Of a stretch of 64,000 nucleotides of DNA, positions 54,014 through 64,000 are shown piece after piece. Each line of letters starts with the position of its first letter. Position 1 is the stretch's first letter. The notes beneath the pieces are model-generated. The model had not been told where the DNA came from, searched no databases, and saw only the letters and a program-made list of their open reading frames with translations. Location: the sequence record OZ035789.1; one strand, given 5' to 3'. The translations under genes and the position numbers were made by a program. The DNA comes from Tequatrovirus BCH953P4.

Positions 54014-54667
54014 TCAATACTTGCAAGATTTCACAGTTTCAATGAAAACATTTTTAGCTTTCTGTGAATCAATATTTAAAATTTTTCTATAAGCCTTTAA
54101 CTTTATAGAATAATTATTCCAGACTAAATTATCAGTCTGTTCATCGTGTTTATCAATTATATTTAAAAACGAATCAAGCAAGATAAACGTTTCAAACGAA
54201 ATTATATTCGACTGAAGCAGTTTAAAAATATAACTTGATTGAACCTTTGGATTATATTCAAAGATTTCTTTAAAAGCAGAAACTTCAACTTTTTTACTAA
54301 AATAATAAATGTTGCGAATATCTTCTTCAAACTTAAATTTAATTTGCTTTAAGCGTCCGATATATTCACGATAAAACACAAGTGCATCAGCGTCAGAGAT
54401 GTCACCAATCCAAGCATCTTGGTTAGCAACCAGATTGCTTATAAAGATTAAAGCAAGTTCCTTTAATTTATATTTTTCTGATAACTTCTGGAAAAAATAC
54501 TTATCCCTTCGCTTTTGATAAGCGGCATCAGACACCCGCATGCACCAATTATACTTAATAACATCATACTTTCCATTCATATGTTGTTTTATCATTAAGT
54601 ATAATTTATAAACTGATTTACCATCAATGTATCTTTCACCACCAGCAGGCATGCGGAGTTTAATCAT
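54014..54667 (-). CDS. 59: Helicase loader gp59
   Basis: 217 aa; sequence recognised. Confidence 0.93.
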   Translation of the reverse strand: MIKLRMPAGGERYIDGKSVYKLYLMIKQHMNGKYDVIKYNWCMRVSDAAYQKRRDKYFFQKLSEKYKLKELALIFISNLVANQDAWIGDISDADALVFYREYIGRLKQIKFKFEEDIRNIYYFSKKVEVSAFKEIFEYNPKVQSSYIFKLLQSNIISFETFILLDSFLNIIDKHDEQTDNLVWNNYSIKLKAYRKILNIDSQKAKNVFIETVKSCKY

Positions 54668-55002
54668 AGTAGAAAATCTAATGTATTAGTTTTTTCACAA
54701 CGAACAACAGAAGGACGTAAAAGATTTTCGTCGATAGCTTCTGACTGAATTTTTTCAATTATACCCGAAGGAATAAATTTAGCAAATTGAGTTTCAGGAA
54801 TAGAGTTTTCTTCCAAGAATGCTGTCGTAGCTTCAAGATAACTCATTCCAAACTCTTCTACCATTTTTTCAATAATAAATCCATTTTCTTGACGATCAAG
54901 AAGCTTTGCTATTTCATCCTTTTCTTTCTTAATTGAAAGTTCTTTTTCTGAAAGACCGGTCTCATCGACCGGACGAATATCATTTAGAGAAAACTGTGTC
55001 AT
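54664..55002 (-). CDS. 33: Late transcription co-activator gp33
   Basis: 112 aa from MTQFSLNDIRP. Confidence 0.88.
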   Translation of the reverse strand: MTQFSLNDIRPVDETGLSEKELSIKKEKDEIAKLLDRQENGFIIEKMVEEFGMSYLEATTAFLEENSIPETQFAKFIPSGIIEKIQSEAIDENLLRPSVVRCEKTNTLDFLL

Positions 55003-55249
55003 AAAGTTCAACTACCTCTTCAGTTTCAGCTTCAAACACATCACGGTTATCTTTATGATACAAAGCTAATAGACGATTAAACATCTTACCATCAACGCCA
55101 AGTTCATCTTTGGCACGAATTCGAATATCTTTAATCAATTCATTATAACCAGAAATTTTCAGTTTATGATCAGATGCTTCTTTAATAAATTTAGCCAAAT
55201 CTTCGCCGTGGATAGCTTCATCAAATTCAACCATTTCTTTTTTAGCCAT
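54980..55249 (-). CDS. dsbA: Double-stranded DNA-binding protein DsbA
   Basis: 89 aa, synteny. Confidence 0.85.
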   Translation of the reverse strand: MAKKEMVEFDEAIHGEDLAKFIKEASDHKLKISGYNELIKDIRIRAKDELGVDGKMFNRLLALYHKDNRDVFEAETEEVVELYDTVFSK

Positions 55250-55257
55250 TATTCACC

Positions 55258-56175
55258 TCAAAATTCATTAATGCTATTAGTTAATTTAGAAAGACCCGCT
55301 TTTACAAAATATGAATAAATTTTGCCACGCGGTGGTAATTTATATGAATTATAGTAATTCACAATGTTTGAAGCAATATTATCAGGAATATAATCAAAAT
55401 CAATTAGAACTAAATTTTCTTTATAACGATTATATTCAGATTCTGTGAGAAGCACCTTAGCTTGCTCACGGTCATTAGCAATAGCTTCAACGATTGAAGT
55501 TTTCATTGAAGGAGTTCGTTCACCTTCAACTCTGGTAAACCAAAAGTCAGATCGTACTTTAACTGAAGCAACGTTATCCTTTTTGTCGCCTTTAAGGATT
55601 TTAGTCATACAGTCAATTTCAGCAGAACCGCTTTTAATTTTAACCCATTTCTTGTGCATCGGTGACCATTGCTTAACATTTGGGTATTTGTGAAGTTGAG
55701 TAAAGTCACCATCCGATGAAATGATTAAAATCTTATGTCCTTCTAAAGAGAACTTTTTAACAAGAACAGCAATATGGTCATCTGCTTCATACTTATCAAT
55801 ATCCATAACGATGTATGGCATATAAGCTTTCAATTCATCTATAACTTTATGACTGGATTCAAAATAACCTTCCCAGTCCCAAGTCGATTCTTCTCGTGCT
55901 TTTCCACGGTTTTTCTTATAATAATAAGCGAAATCACGACGCCAGTATCCAGATTTCGCGTTATCAATACACAGTACAATTTTAGTGTATCCAAGCGTTT
56001 TTGCTTTTTTGACATTAAACTTAATTGAGTTCAATATCAAATGACGAACCATTGATAAATTAATTTTTTCTTTATCTGGGAAGTTTACTAAAGCAGTTGA
56101 AAGCGCAATTTGACTAAAGTCAATAAAGCAAATTCCTTCTTTGTAATCTTCATCCAGCATCATTTCTAAATCCAT
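55258..56175 (-). CDS. rnh: RNase H (5'-3' exonuclease/flap endonuclease)
   Basis: 305 aa from MDLEMMLDED. Confidence 0.93.
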   Translation of the reverse strand: MDLEMMLDEDYKEGICFIDFSQIALSTALVNFPDKEKINLSMVRHLILNSIKFNVKKAKTLGYTKIVLCIDNAKSGYWRRDFAYYYKKNRGKAREESTWDWEGYFESSHKVIDELKAYMPYIVMDIDKYEADDHIAVLVKKFSLEGHKILIISSDGDFTQLHKYPNVKQWSPMHKKWVKIKSGSAEIDCMTKILKGDKKDNVASVKVRSDFWFTRVEGERTPSMKTSIVEAIANDREQAKVLLTESEYNRYKENLVLIDFDYIPDNIASNIVNYYNSYKLPPRGKIYSYFVKAGLSKLTNSINEF

Positions 56176-56237
56176 ATGAACCTCGTTCAATTAGTGAGAT
56201 TTCTATTATATACCATCCAAATCTTAAAGTAAACAAG

Positions 56238-56245
56238 TATAAATA
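56238..56245 (+). promoter_or_regulatory. Late promoter TATAAATA for gene 34
   Basis: exact TATAAATA ~35 nt upstream of ATG. Confidence 0.65.
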
Positions 56246-56279
56246 CTTATTATTGAAAACACAATAGGAGCCCGGGAGA

Positions 56280-59200
56280 ATGGCCGAGATTAAAAGAAAG
56301 TTCAGAGCAGAAGATGGTCTGGACGCAGGTGGTGATAAAATAATCAACGTAGCTTTAGCTGATCGTACCGTAGGAACTGACGGTGTTAACGTTGATTACT
56401 TAATTCAAGAAAACACAGTTCAACAATATGATCCAACTCGTGGATATTTAAAAGATTTTGTAATCATTTATGATAACCGCTTTTGGGCTGCTATAAATGA
56501 TATTCCAAAACCAGCAGGAGCTTTTAATAGCGGACGCTGGAGAGCATTACGTACCGATGCTAACTGGATTACGGTTTCATCTGGTTCATATCAATTAAAA
56601 TCCGGTGAAGCAATTTCGGTTAATACTGCAGCTGGAAATGACATCACGTTTACTTTACCATCTTCTCCAATTGACGGTGATACTATCGTTCTCCAAGACA
56701 TTGGAGGAAAACCTGGAGTTAATCAAGTTTTAATTGTAGCTCCAGTGCAAAGTATTGTAAACTTCAGAGGTGAACAGGTACGTTCAGTACTAATGACTCA
56801 TCCAAAGTCACAGTTAGTTTTAATTTTTAGTAATCGTCTGTGGCAAATGTATGTAGCTGATTATAGTAGAGAAGCTGTAGTTGTAACACCAGCGAATACT
56901 TATCAAGCGCAATCTAATGATTTTATCGTGCGTAGATTTACTTCTGCTGCACCGATAAATATTAAACTTCCAAGATTTGCTAATCATGGCGATATTATTA
57001 ATTTCGTCGATTTGGATAAATTAAATCCGCTTTATCATACAATTGTTACTACATACGATGAAACGACTTCAGTACAAGAAGTTGGAACTCATTCCATTGA
57101 AGGCCGTACATCAATTGACGGTTTCTTGATGTTTGATGATAATGAGAAATTGTGGAGATTGTTTGACGGGGATAGTAAAGCACGTTTACGTATCATAACA
57201 ACTAATTCAAACATTCGTCCAAATGAAGAAGTTATGGTATTTGGTGCGAATAATGGAACAACTCAGACAATTGAGCTTAAGCTTCCAACTAATATTTCTG
57301 TTGGTGATACTGTTAAAATTTCCATGAATTACATGAGAAAAGGACAAACAGTTAAAATCAAAGCTGCTGATGAAGATAAAATTGCTTCTTCAGTTCAATT
57401 GCTGCAATTCCCAAAACGCTCAGAATATCCGCCTGAAGCTGAGTGGGTTACAGTCCAAGAATTAGTTTTTAATGGTGAAACTAATTATGTTCCAGTTTTA
57501 GAGCTTGCTTATATAGAAGATTCTGATGGAAAATACTGGGTTGTACAGCAAAACGTTCCAACCGTAGAAAGAGTAGATTCTTTAAATGATTCTACTAGAG
57601 CAAGATTAGGCGTAATTGCTTTAGCTACACAAGCTCAAGCTAATGTCGATTTAGAAAATTCTCCACAAAAAGAATTAGCAATTACTCCAGAAACGTTAGC
57701 TAATCGCACTGCTACTGAAACTCGCAGAGGTATTGCAAGAATAGCAACTACTGCTCAAGTGAATCAGAACACCACATTCTCTTTTGCAGATGACCTTATC
57801 ATTACTCCTAAAAAGCTGAATGAAAGAACTGCTACAGAAACTCGTAGAGGTGTCGCAGAAATTGCTACGCAGCAAGAAACTAATACAGGTACTGATGATA
57901 CTACAATCATTACTCCTAAAAAGCTTCAAGCTCGTCAAGGTTCTGAATCATTATCTGGTATTGTAACTTTTGTATCTACTGCAGGTGCTACTCCAGCTTC
58001 TAGCCGTGAATTAAATGGTACGAATGTTTATAATAAAAACACTAATAATTTAGTTGTTTCACCTAAAGCTTTGGATCAGTATAAAGCTACGCCTACTCAA
58101 CAGGGTGCAGTAATTTTAGCAGTTGAAAGTGAAGTAATTGCTGGACAAAGTCAGCAAGGATGGGCAAATGCTGTTGTAACGCCAGAAACGTTACATAAAA
58201 AGACATCAACTGATGGAAGAATTGGTTTAATTGAAATTGCTACGCAAAGTGAAGTTAATACAGGAACTGATTATACTCGTGCAGTCACTCCTAAAACTTT
58301 AAATGACCGTAGAGCAACTGAAAGTTTAAGTGGTATAGCTGAAATTGCTACACAAGTTGAATTCGACGCAGGCGTCGACGATACTCGTATCTCTACACCA
58401 TTAAAAATTAAAACCAGATTTAATAGTACTGATCGTACTTCTGTTGTTGCTCTATCTGGATTAGTTGAATCAGGAACTCTCTGGGACCATTATACCCTTA
58501 ATATTCTTGAAGCAAATGAGACACAGCGTGGTACACTTCGTGTGGCTACACAAGTTGAAGCTGCTGCAGGAAAATTAGATAATGTTTTAATAACTCCTAA
58601 AAAGCTTTTAGGTACTAAATCTACCGAATCGCAAGAGGGTGTTATTAAAGTTGCAACTCAGTCTGAAGCTGTGGCTGGAACGTCAGCAAATACTGCTATA
58701 TCTCCAAAAAATTTAAAATGGATTGTGCAGAGTGAACCTTCTTGGAGAGCAACTACTGCGATAAGAGGTTTTGTTAAAACTTCATCTGGTTCAATTACAT
58801 TCGTTGGTAATGATACCGTCGGTTCTACCCAAGATTTAGAACTTTATGAGAAAAATAATTATGCAGTATCACCATATGAATTAAACCGTGTATTAGCAAA
58901 TTATTTGCCATTAAAAGCAAAAGCTGCTGATACAAATTTATTGGATGGTCTAGATTCATCTCAGTTCATTCGTAGGGATATTGCACAGACGGTTAATGGT
59001 TCACTAACCTTAACCCAACAAACGAATCTGAGTGCCCCTCTTGTATCATCTAGTACTGCTACGTTTGGTGGTTCAGTTTCGGTAAATACATTAACTATTT
59101 CTAAAACTGGAACAGCAGCTCGTCTGATTTTTGAGAAAGGACCTCAAACTGAAACTAACCCAGCGCAGACGATGACTATCAAAGTTTGGGGAAACCAGTT

Positions 59201-60149
59201 TAGTGGCAGACCAGATTCAACGCGTTCTACTGTATTTGAAGTTGGTGATGAAACATCTCATCACTTTTATTCTCAGCGCAATACAGCTGGAAAGATATTG
59301 TTTAATATCAATGGTACTGTAATGCCGATAGATGTAAATGCTTCTGGTTCATTGAATGCGAATGGCGTTGCAACATTTGGTAATTCAGTTACTGCTAATG
59401 GAGAATTTACCAGTAAATCAGCAAATGCTTTTAGAGCAATAAATGGAAATTACGGATTCTTTATTCGTAATGCTGGTAATGACACCTATTTTATGCTCAC
59501 TGCAGCCGGTGATCAGTTTGGTGGATTTAATGGATTACGTCCATTATCAATTAATAATCAATCCGGTCAAGTTACAATTGGTGAAGGGCTTATCATTAGT
59601 AAAGGTGGAGCAACAATTAACAGCGGTGGTTTAACTGTTAACTCGAGAATTCGTTCTCAGGGTACTAAAACATCTGATTTATATACCCGTGCGCCAACAT
59701 CTGATACGGTAGGATTCTGGTCAATTGATATTAACGATTCAGCCACTTATAACCAGTTCCCGGGTTATTTTAAAATGGTTGAAAAAACTAATGAAGTGAC
59801 TGGGCTTCCATACTTAGAACGTGGCGAAGAAGTTAAATCTCCTGGTACACTGACTCAGTTTGGTAACACACTTGATTCGCTTTACCAAGATTGGATTACT
59901 TATCCAACTACCCCAGAAGCACGCACCACTCGCTGGACACGTACATGGCAGAAAACCAAAAACTCTTGGTCAAGTTTTGTTCAGGTATTTGACGGAGGTA
60001 ACCCTCCTCAACCATCTGATATCGGTGCTTTACCATCTGATAACGCTACAATGGGGAATCTTACTATTCGTGATTTCTTACGAATTGGTAATGTTCGCAT
60101 TGTTCCTGACCCAGTGAATAAATCTGTTAAATTTGAATGGGTTGAATAA
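56280..60149 (+). CDS. 34: Long tail fiber proximal subunit gp34
   Basis: 1289 aa; repeated ~40-aa motifs (TPK/TPE..L); synteny. Confidence 0.95.
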   Translation: MAEIKRKFRAEDGLDAGGDKIINVALADRTVGTDGVNVDYLIQENTVQQYDPTRGYLKDFVIIYDNRFWAAINDIPKPAGAFNSGRWRALRTDANWITVSSGSYQLKSGEAISVNTAAGNDITFTLPSSPIDGDTIVLQDIGGKPGVNQVLIVAPVQSIVNFRGEQVRSVLMTHPKSQLVLIFSNRLWQMYVADYSREAVVVTPANTYQAQSNDFIVRRFTSAAPINIKLPRFANHGDIINFVDLDKLNPLYHTIVTTYDETTSVQEVGTHSIEGRTSIDGFLMFDDNEKLWRLFDGDSKARLRIITTNSNIRPNEEVMVFGANNGTTQTIELKLPTNISVGDTVKISMNYMRKGQTVKIKAADEDKIASSVQLLQFPKRSEYPPEAEWVTVQELVFNGETNYVPVLELAYIEDSDGKYWVVQQNVPTVERVDSLNDSTRARLGVIALATQAQANVDLENSPQKELAITPETLANRTATETRRGIARIATTAQVNQNTTFSFADDLIITPKKLNERTATETRRGVAEIATQQETNTGTDDTTIITPKKLQARQGSESLSGIVTFVSTAGATPASSRELNGTNVYNKNTNNLVVSPKALDQYKATPTQQGAVILAVESEVIAGQSQQGWANAVVTPETLHKKTSTDGRIGLIEIATQSEVNTGTDYTRAVTPKTLNDRRATESLSGIAEIATQVEFDAGVDDTRISTPLKIKTRFNSTDRTSVVALSGLVESGTLWDHYTLNILEANETQRGTLRVATQVEAAAGKLDNVLITPKKLLGTKSTESQEGVIKVATQSEAVAGTSANTAISPKNLKWIVQSEPSWRATTAIRGFVKTSSGSITFVGNDTVGSTQDLELYEKNNYAVSPYELNRVLANYLPLKAKAADTNLLDGLDSSQFIRRDIAQTVNGSLTLTQQTNLSAPLVSSSTATFGGSVSVNTLTISKTGTAARLIFEKGPQTETNPAQTMTIKVWGNQFSGRPDSTRSTVFEVGDETSHHFYSQRNTAGKILFNINGTVMPIDVNASGSLNANGVATFGNSVTANGEFTSKSANAFRAINGNYGFFIRNAGNDTYFMLTAAGDQFGGFNGLRPLSINNQSGQVTIGEGLIISKGGATINSGGLTVNSRIRSQGTKTSDLYTRAPTSDTVGFWSIDINDSATYNQFPGYFKMVEKTNEVTGLPYLERGEEVKSPGTLTQFGNTLDSLYQDWITYPTTPEARTTRWTRTWQKTKNSWSSFVQVFDGGNPPQPSDIGALPSDNATMGNLTIRDFLRIGNVRIVPDPVNKSVKFEWVE

Positions 60150-60157
60150 GAGGTATT

Positions 60158-61273
60158 ATGGAAAAATTTATGGCAGAGTTTGGACAAGGATATGTCCAAA
60201 CGCCATTTTTATCGGAAAGTAATTCAGTAAGATACAAAATAAGTATAGCGGGTTCTTGCCCGCTTTCTACTGCAGGACCATATGTTAAATTTCAAGATAA
60301 TCCTGTCGGAAGTCAAACATTTAGCACAGGCCTTCATTTAAGAGTTTTTGACCCTTCTACAGGAGCATTAGTTGATAGTAAGTCATATGCTTTTTCGACT
60401 TCAAATGATACTACATCAGCTGCTTTTGTTAGTTTCATGAATTCTTTGACGAATAATAGACTTGTTGCTATATTAACTAACGGAAAGGTTAATTTTCCTC
60501 CTGAAGTAGTATCTTGGTTAAGAACCGCCGGAACGTCTGCCTTTCCATCTGATTCTGTATTGTCAAGATTCGACGTATCATATGCTGCTTTTTATACTTC
60601 TTCTAAAAGAGCTATTGCATTAGAGCATGTTAAACTGAGTAATAGAAAAAGCACAGATGATTATCAAACTATTTTAGATGTTGTATTTGACAGTTTAGAA
60701 GACGTAGGAGCTACCGGGTTTCCAAGAAGAACGTATGAAAGCGTTGAGCAATTCATGTCAGCAGTTGGTGGAACTAATAACGAAATTGCGAGATTGCCAA
60801 CTTCGGCTGCAATAAGTAAATTATCTGATTATAATTTAATTCCTGGAGATGTTCTTTATCTTAAAACACAGCTATACGCCGATGCCGATTTACTTGCTCT
60901 TGGAACTACGAATATATCCATTCGATTTTATAATGCATCTAACGGATATATTTCCTCGACACAAGCTGAATTTACTGGGCAAGCTGGATCTTGGGAATTA
61001 AAGGAAGATTATGTAGTTGTTCCAGAAAACGCTGTAGGATTTACGATATATGCACAAAGAACTGCACAAGCTGGCCAAGGTGGCATGAGAAATTTAAGCT
61101 TTTCTGAGGTGTCAAGAAATGGTAGTATTTCGAAACCCGCTGAATTTGGCGTCAATGGTATTCGTGTTAATTATATCTGTGAATCCGCTTCACCTCCGGA
61201 TATAATGGTACTTCCTACACAAGCATCGTCTAAAACTGATAAAGTGTTTGGGCAAGAATTTAGAGAAGTATAA
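60158..61273 (+). CDS. 35: Long tail fiber hinge protein gp35
   Basis: 371 aa, synteny. Confidence 0.9.
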   Translation: MEKFMAEFGQGYVQTPFLSESNSVRYKISIAGSCPLSTAGPYVKFQDNPVGSQTFSTGLHLRVFDPSTGALVDSKSYAFSTSNDTTSAAFVSFMNSLTNNRLVAILTNGKVNFPPEVVSWLRTAGTSAFPSDSVLSRFDVSYAAFYTSSKRAIALEHVKLSNRKSTDDYQTILDVVFDSLEDVGATGFPRRTYESVEQFMSAVGGTNNEIARLPTSAAISKLSDYNLIPGDVLYLKTQLYADADLLALGTTNISIRFYNASNGYISSTQAEFTGQAGSWELKEDYVVVPENAVGFTIYAQRTAQAGQGGMRNLSFSEVSRNGSISKPAEFGVNGIRVNYICESASPPDIMVLPTQASSKTDKVFGQEFREV

Positions 61274-61278
61274 ATTGA

Positions 61279-61297
61279 GGGAGCCTTCGGGTTCCCT
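61279..61297 (+). terminator. Terminator after gene 35
   Basis: GGGAGCC-TTCG-GGTTCCC followed by TTTTTTT. Confidence 0.65.
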
Positions 61298-61306
61298 TTT
61301 TTTCTT

Positions 61307-61314
61307 TATAAATA
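61307..61314 (+). promoter_or_regulatory. Late promoter TATAAATA for gene 36
   Basis: TATAAATA after a hairpin/T-run terminator. Confidence 0.6.
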
Positions 61315-61337
61315 CTATTAAAATAAAGGGGCATACA

Positions 61338-62003
61338 ATGGCTGATTTAAAAGTAGGTTCAACAACTGGAGGCTCTGTCATTTGGCATCAAGGAAATTTT
61401 CCATTGAATCCAGCCGGTGACGATGTACTCTATAAATCATTTAAAATATATTCAGAATATAATAAACCACAAGCTGCTGATAACGATTTCGTTTCTAAAG
61501 CTAATGGTGGTACTTATGCATCAAAGGTAACATTTAACGGCGGTGTCCAAGTCCCGTATGCTCCACACATCATGAGCCCATGCGGTATTTATGGGGGTAA
61601 CGGTGATGCAGCTACTTTTGATACAGCAAATATCGATATTGTTTCATGGTATGGCGTAGGATTTAAATCGTCATTTGGTTCAGCAGGCCGAACTGTTGTA
61701 ATTAATACACGCAATGGTGATATTAGTACAAAAGGCGTTGTGACAGCAGTAGGTCAAGTAAGAAGTAATGCAGTTGCTCCTATAGCAGCGAATGACCTTA
61801 CTAGAAAGGACTATGTTGATGGAGCAATAAATAATGTTACAGCAAATGCGAACTCTAGAGTGTTGCGTTCTGGTGACACTATGACAGGTAATTTAACGGC
61901 GCCAAACTTTTTCTCACAGAATCCTGCATCTCAACCTTCACATGTTCCACGATTTGACCAAATCGTAATTAAGGATTCTGTTCAAGATTTCGGCTATTAT
62001 TAA
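61338..62003 (+). CDS. 36: Long tail fiber distal connector gp36
   Basis: 221 aa from [12 protein letters not shown] (track ORF extends 30 codons upstream). Confidence 0.9.
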   Translation: MADLKVGSTTGGSVIWHQGNFPLNPAGDDVLYKSFKIYSEYNKPQAADNDFVSKANGGTYASKVTFNGGVQVPYAPHIMSPCGIYGGNGDAATFDTANIDIVSWYGVGFKSSFGSAGRTVVINTRNGDISTKGVVTAVGQVRSNAVAPIAANDLTRKDYVDGAINNVTANANSRVLRSGDTMTGNLTAPNFFSQNPASQPSHVPRFDQIVIKDSVQDFGYY

Positions 62004-62012
62004 GAGGACTTA

Positions 62013-64000
62013 TGGCTACTTTAAAACAAATACAATTTAAAAGAAGCAAAACCGCAGGTGCACGTCCTGCTGCTTCAGTATTAGCCGAAGGTGAATTGGC
62101 TATAAACTTAAAAGATAGAACAATTTTTACTAAAGATGATTCAGGAAATATCATTGATCTAGGTATTGCTAAAGGCGGCCAGGTTGATGGTGATGTAACT
62201 ATCAACGGTAAATTAACATTAAATGGCGCGTATGTTCAGACGCTGGCTGGTATTAATACTACGGGTGGTATTAATTCTGGAGCCGCTATAAGTGCAACAA
62301 CTTATTATGCTCGGTCTGGTTCTTTTTATGCTCGTGCTCCAGATGCCAATGCGAATACACATGTTTGGTTTGAAAATAACAATGGTATAGAACGTGGTGT
62401 GATTTGGGCTGTTCCGAACACTTCAGACCTAGGCTCGGTACGTATTCGAGCAAAAACTGCAGGTGGTGTTTTTGCTGGCGAGTACAGTTTCCGCTCTGAC
62501 GGCCAATTTGATGTTCCTGTAGCAGTTAAAATCGGCGGAGCAGCGATGCTAACCAAAGACGGCAACATTACCTCTGGTTCTATGTTTGGCGGTAACCTTA
62601 ACAACTATTTGACTTCTATTAAAAATGACATTGTTGCTGGTGATAATAAGAAAGTAAGTAAAACCGGTGACACGATGTCCGGTAACTTGACTATTAACGC
62701 TAACTTAAAAGTCGAAAACCCTAATGGAACGTATGTTGATTTAGGTTCAGAGAACTCTAGTGGGTATAGCAGATTAACTCTTGCTCGTAAAATTGGCGAT
62801 GGCGCTGGTGTAGCAATGCTTAAAGTTACTCCTGAAGGATACGTGCAATTTGGTTATCAACCTACAGTTGCTACTCCATCTCCTACCAAGTATATTCTAA
62901 TTAAATCTAACGGTCTTGAAGTAGAAGGTGATTTAGTTTTTAAGCAAACTTATCGTGGTACTGAAGAAGCAGTTGATATTACTGATCAGACTATTGACCT
63001 TAATAGCCTGATTATTAGACATTCAGATTTAGGTACTCGTAAGCTGTATAAATGCAGATCATCTGGCGGTGGTTCTAATATATTGAACAAACCTACATCT
63101 GACGGAAACTTTACTCTTGAAGTTCTGTCTTTACGCAAGGTTTCTGATACCGATTGGTCATGTAAGCAGACCTTTACTACAAAGAACAATAATGTTGTAG
63201 GCGTATATGTTCGCTACGGGCAAGGCGGCTCATGGTCTGCATGGCAAGAGGTTGTTGCTGGTGTTCAACCAATTAATTTAGGTGGTACTGGAGCAACTTC
63301 TGTAGCTGCTGCCCGTAATAACCTTGGTGTTGGTGCAGGCCAAACTGTAACATTCGGTAATTTAGTTACCACCGATTTAACCGTAAATGGAAATGCTAGA
63401 TTAGTCGGAAGACTGAACTTTGGTTCTAATTCTCAGTCGGCTGGTGTATTACGAGCCAACGAAGGTGGGGCTGTTGTTTTAGGTTCTGCAATTGGTGCAA
63501 ACATCCACATCAGAGCAGGAAGCGGCGATACTTCTACAGGTGAAACTCGCTTTGAGCCAAATGGTAACGTTGTAGTTAGTGGTGCTATTACAGCATCTCG
63601 GTCTATTACAGTTAATACTGCCGCTGATGCTATTATTATTAATGCTCCAACGCAAGAGTCTTCTAACTTCATCCAAGGACGTAAAGCCAATGTTAATAAA
63701 TGGTATGTGGGTATTGTCTCCGAAGGGGATATGGTACGTCTACATAACCAAGTATATTCTCACGGTATTGCATTAAACTCTGATACTGTCGATATTACTA
63801 AGCCTCTTAAAGTTGGAAATGTCAAACTAGGAACTGATGGTAATATTACCGGTGGTTCTGGCAATTTTTCTAACTTGAACACAACATTAAACCGTAAAGT
63901 TAATGTTGGCGTATGGTCAGGTACCACTAAAACAGTAGGCTGGTACTGGTACAAATTTGCTACTGTAACAATGCCACAATCTACATCTACCGCGCGTTTC
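62013..64000 (+). CDS. 37: Long tail fiber distal subunit gp37, 5' partial
   Basis: open frame from [13 protein letters not shown] to window end (~662 codons, no stop). Confidence 0.9.

Noticed and set aside
57696-57938. Minus-strand ORF inside gene 34, and similar shadow ORFs in genes 35-37 (for example 62326..62604, 63433..63690)
   Set aside because: Lie antisense within long tail-fiber genes; no independent signals.

Overview
This window is a contiguous segment of a T4-like (T-even, Tequatrovirus-type) myovirus genome, running from gene 16 (terminase small subunit) to the first ~660 codons of gene 37 (distal long tail fiber); gene order and most protein sequences match my memory of phage T4. 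The plus strand carries the late structural modules: terminase 16/17, tail sheath/tube 18/19, portal 20, prohead core 67/68/21/22, capsid 23/24, uvsW, baseplate hub 51/27/28/29/48/54 and tail fibers 34-37. The minus strand carries early/middle operons: rnlB-hoc-inh, uvsY-25-26, alt, gene 30 and its small-ORF cluster, rIII, 31, cd, pseT, spanins, alc, rnlA, denA, nrdB-mobE-nrdA, td (split by a group I intron encoding I-TevI), frd, 32, segG-like, 59, 33, dsbA and rnh. Many genes are separated by GC-rich tetraloop hairpins, and late genes are preceded by TATAAATA late-promoter motifs. I found no rRNA, tRNA or CRISPR. The features that differ from T4 as I remember it, and that I consider most worth follow-up, are: (1) two tandem full-length Alt-type ADP-ribosyltransferase genes, (2) a NADAR/YbiA-like ORF and a HAD-like ORF in the gene 30 operon a few kb from them, (3) an extra 119-codon ORF between frd and td, which overlap directly in T4, (4) a 53-nt promoter/hairpin cassette present in two near-identical copies upstream of alc and of the ORF downstream of the alt pair, (5) an in-frame tandem duplication of an Ig-like domain in hoc, and (6) a homing-endonuclease complement of td intron/I-TevI, mobE and a segG-like gene with an intronless nrdB. 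Caveats: all homology statements come from motif recognition and memory, with no database search; CDS coordinates follow the supplied ORF track, with starts trimmed in-frame where the T4 N-terminus is recognisable, and some track ORFs begin at GTG/TTG. Hand-read coordinates for promoters, hairpins and repeats may be off by 1-2 nt: the ORF track ties the td intron to 48254..49269 (1016 nt), 1 nt off my own base count.
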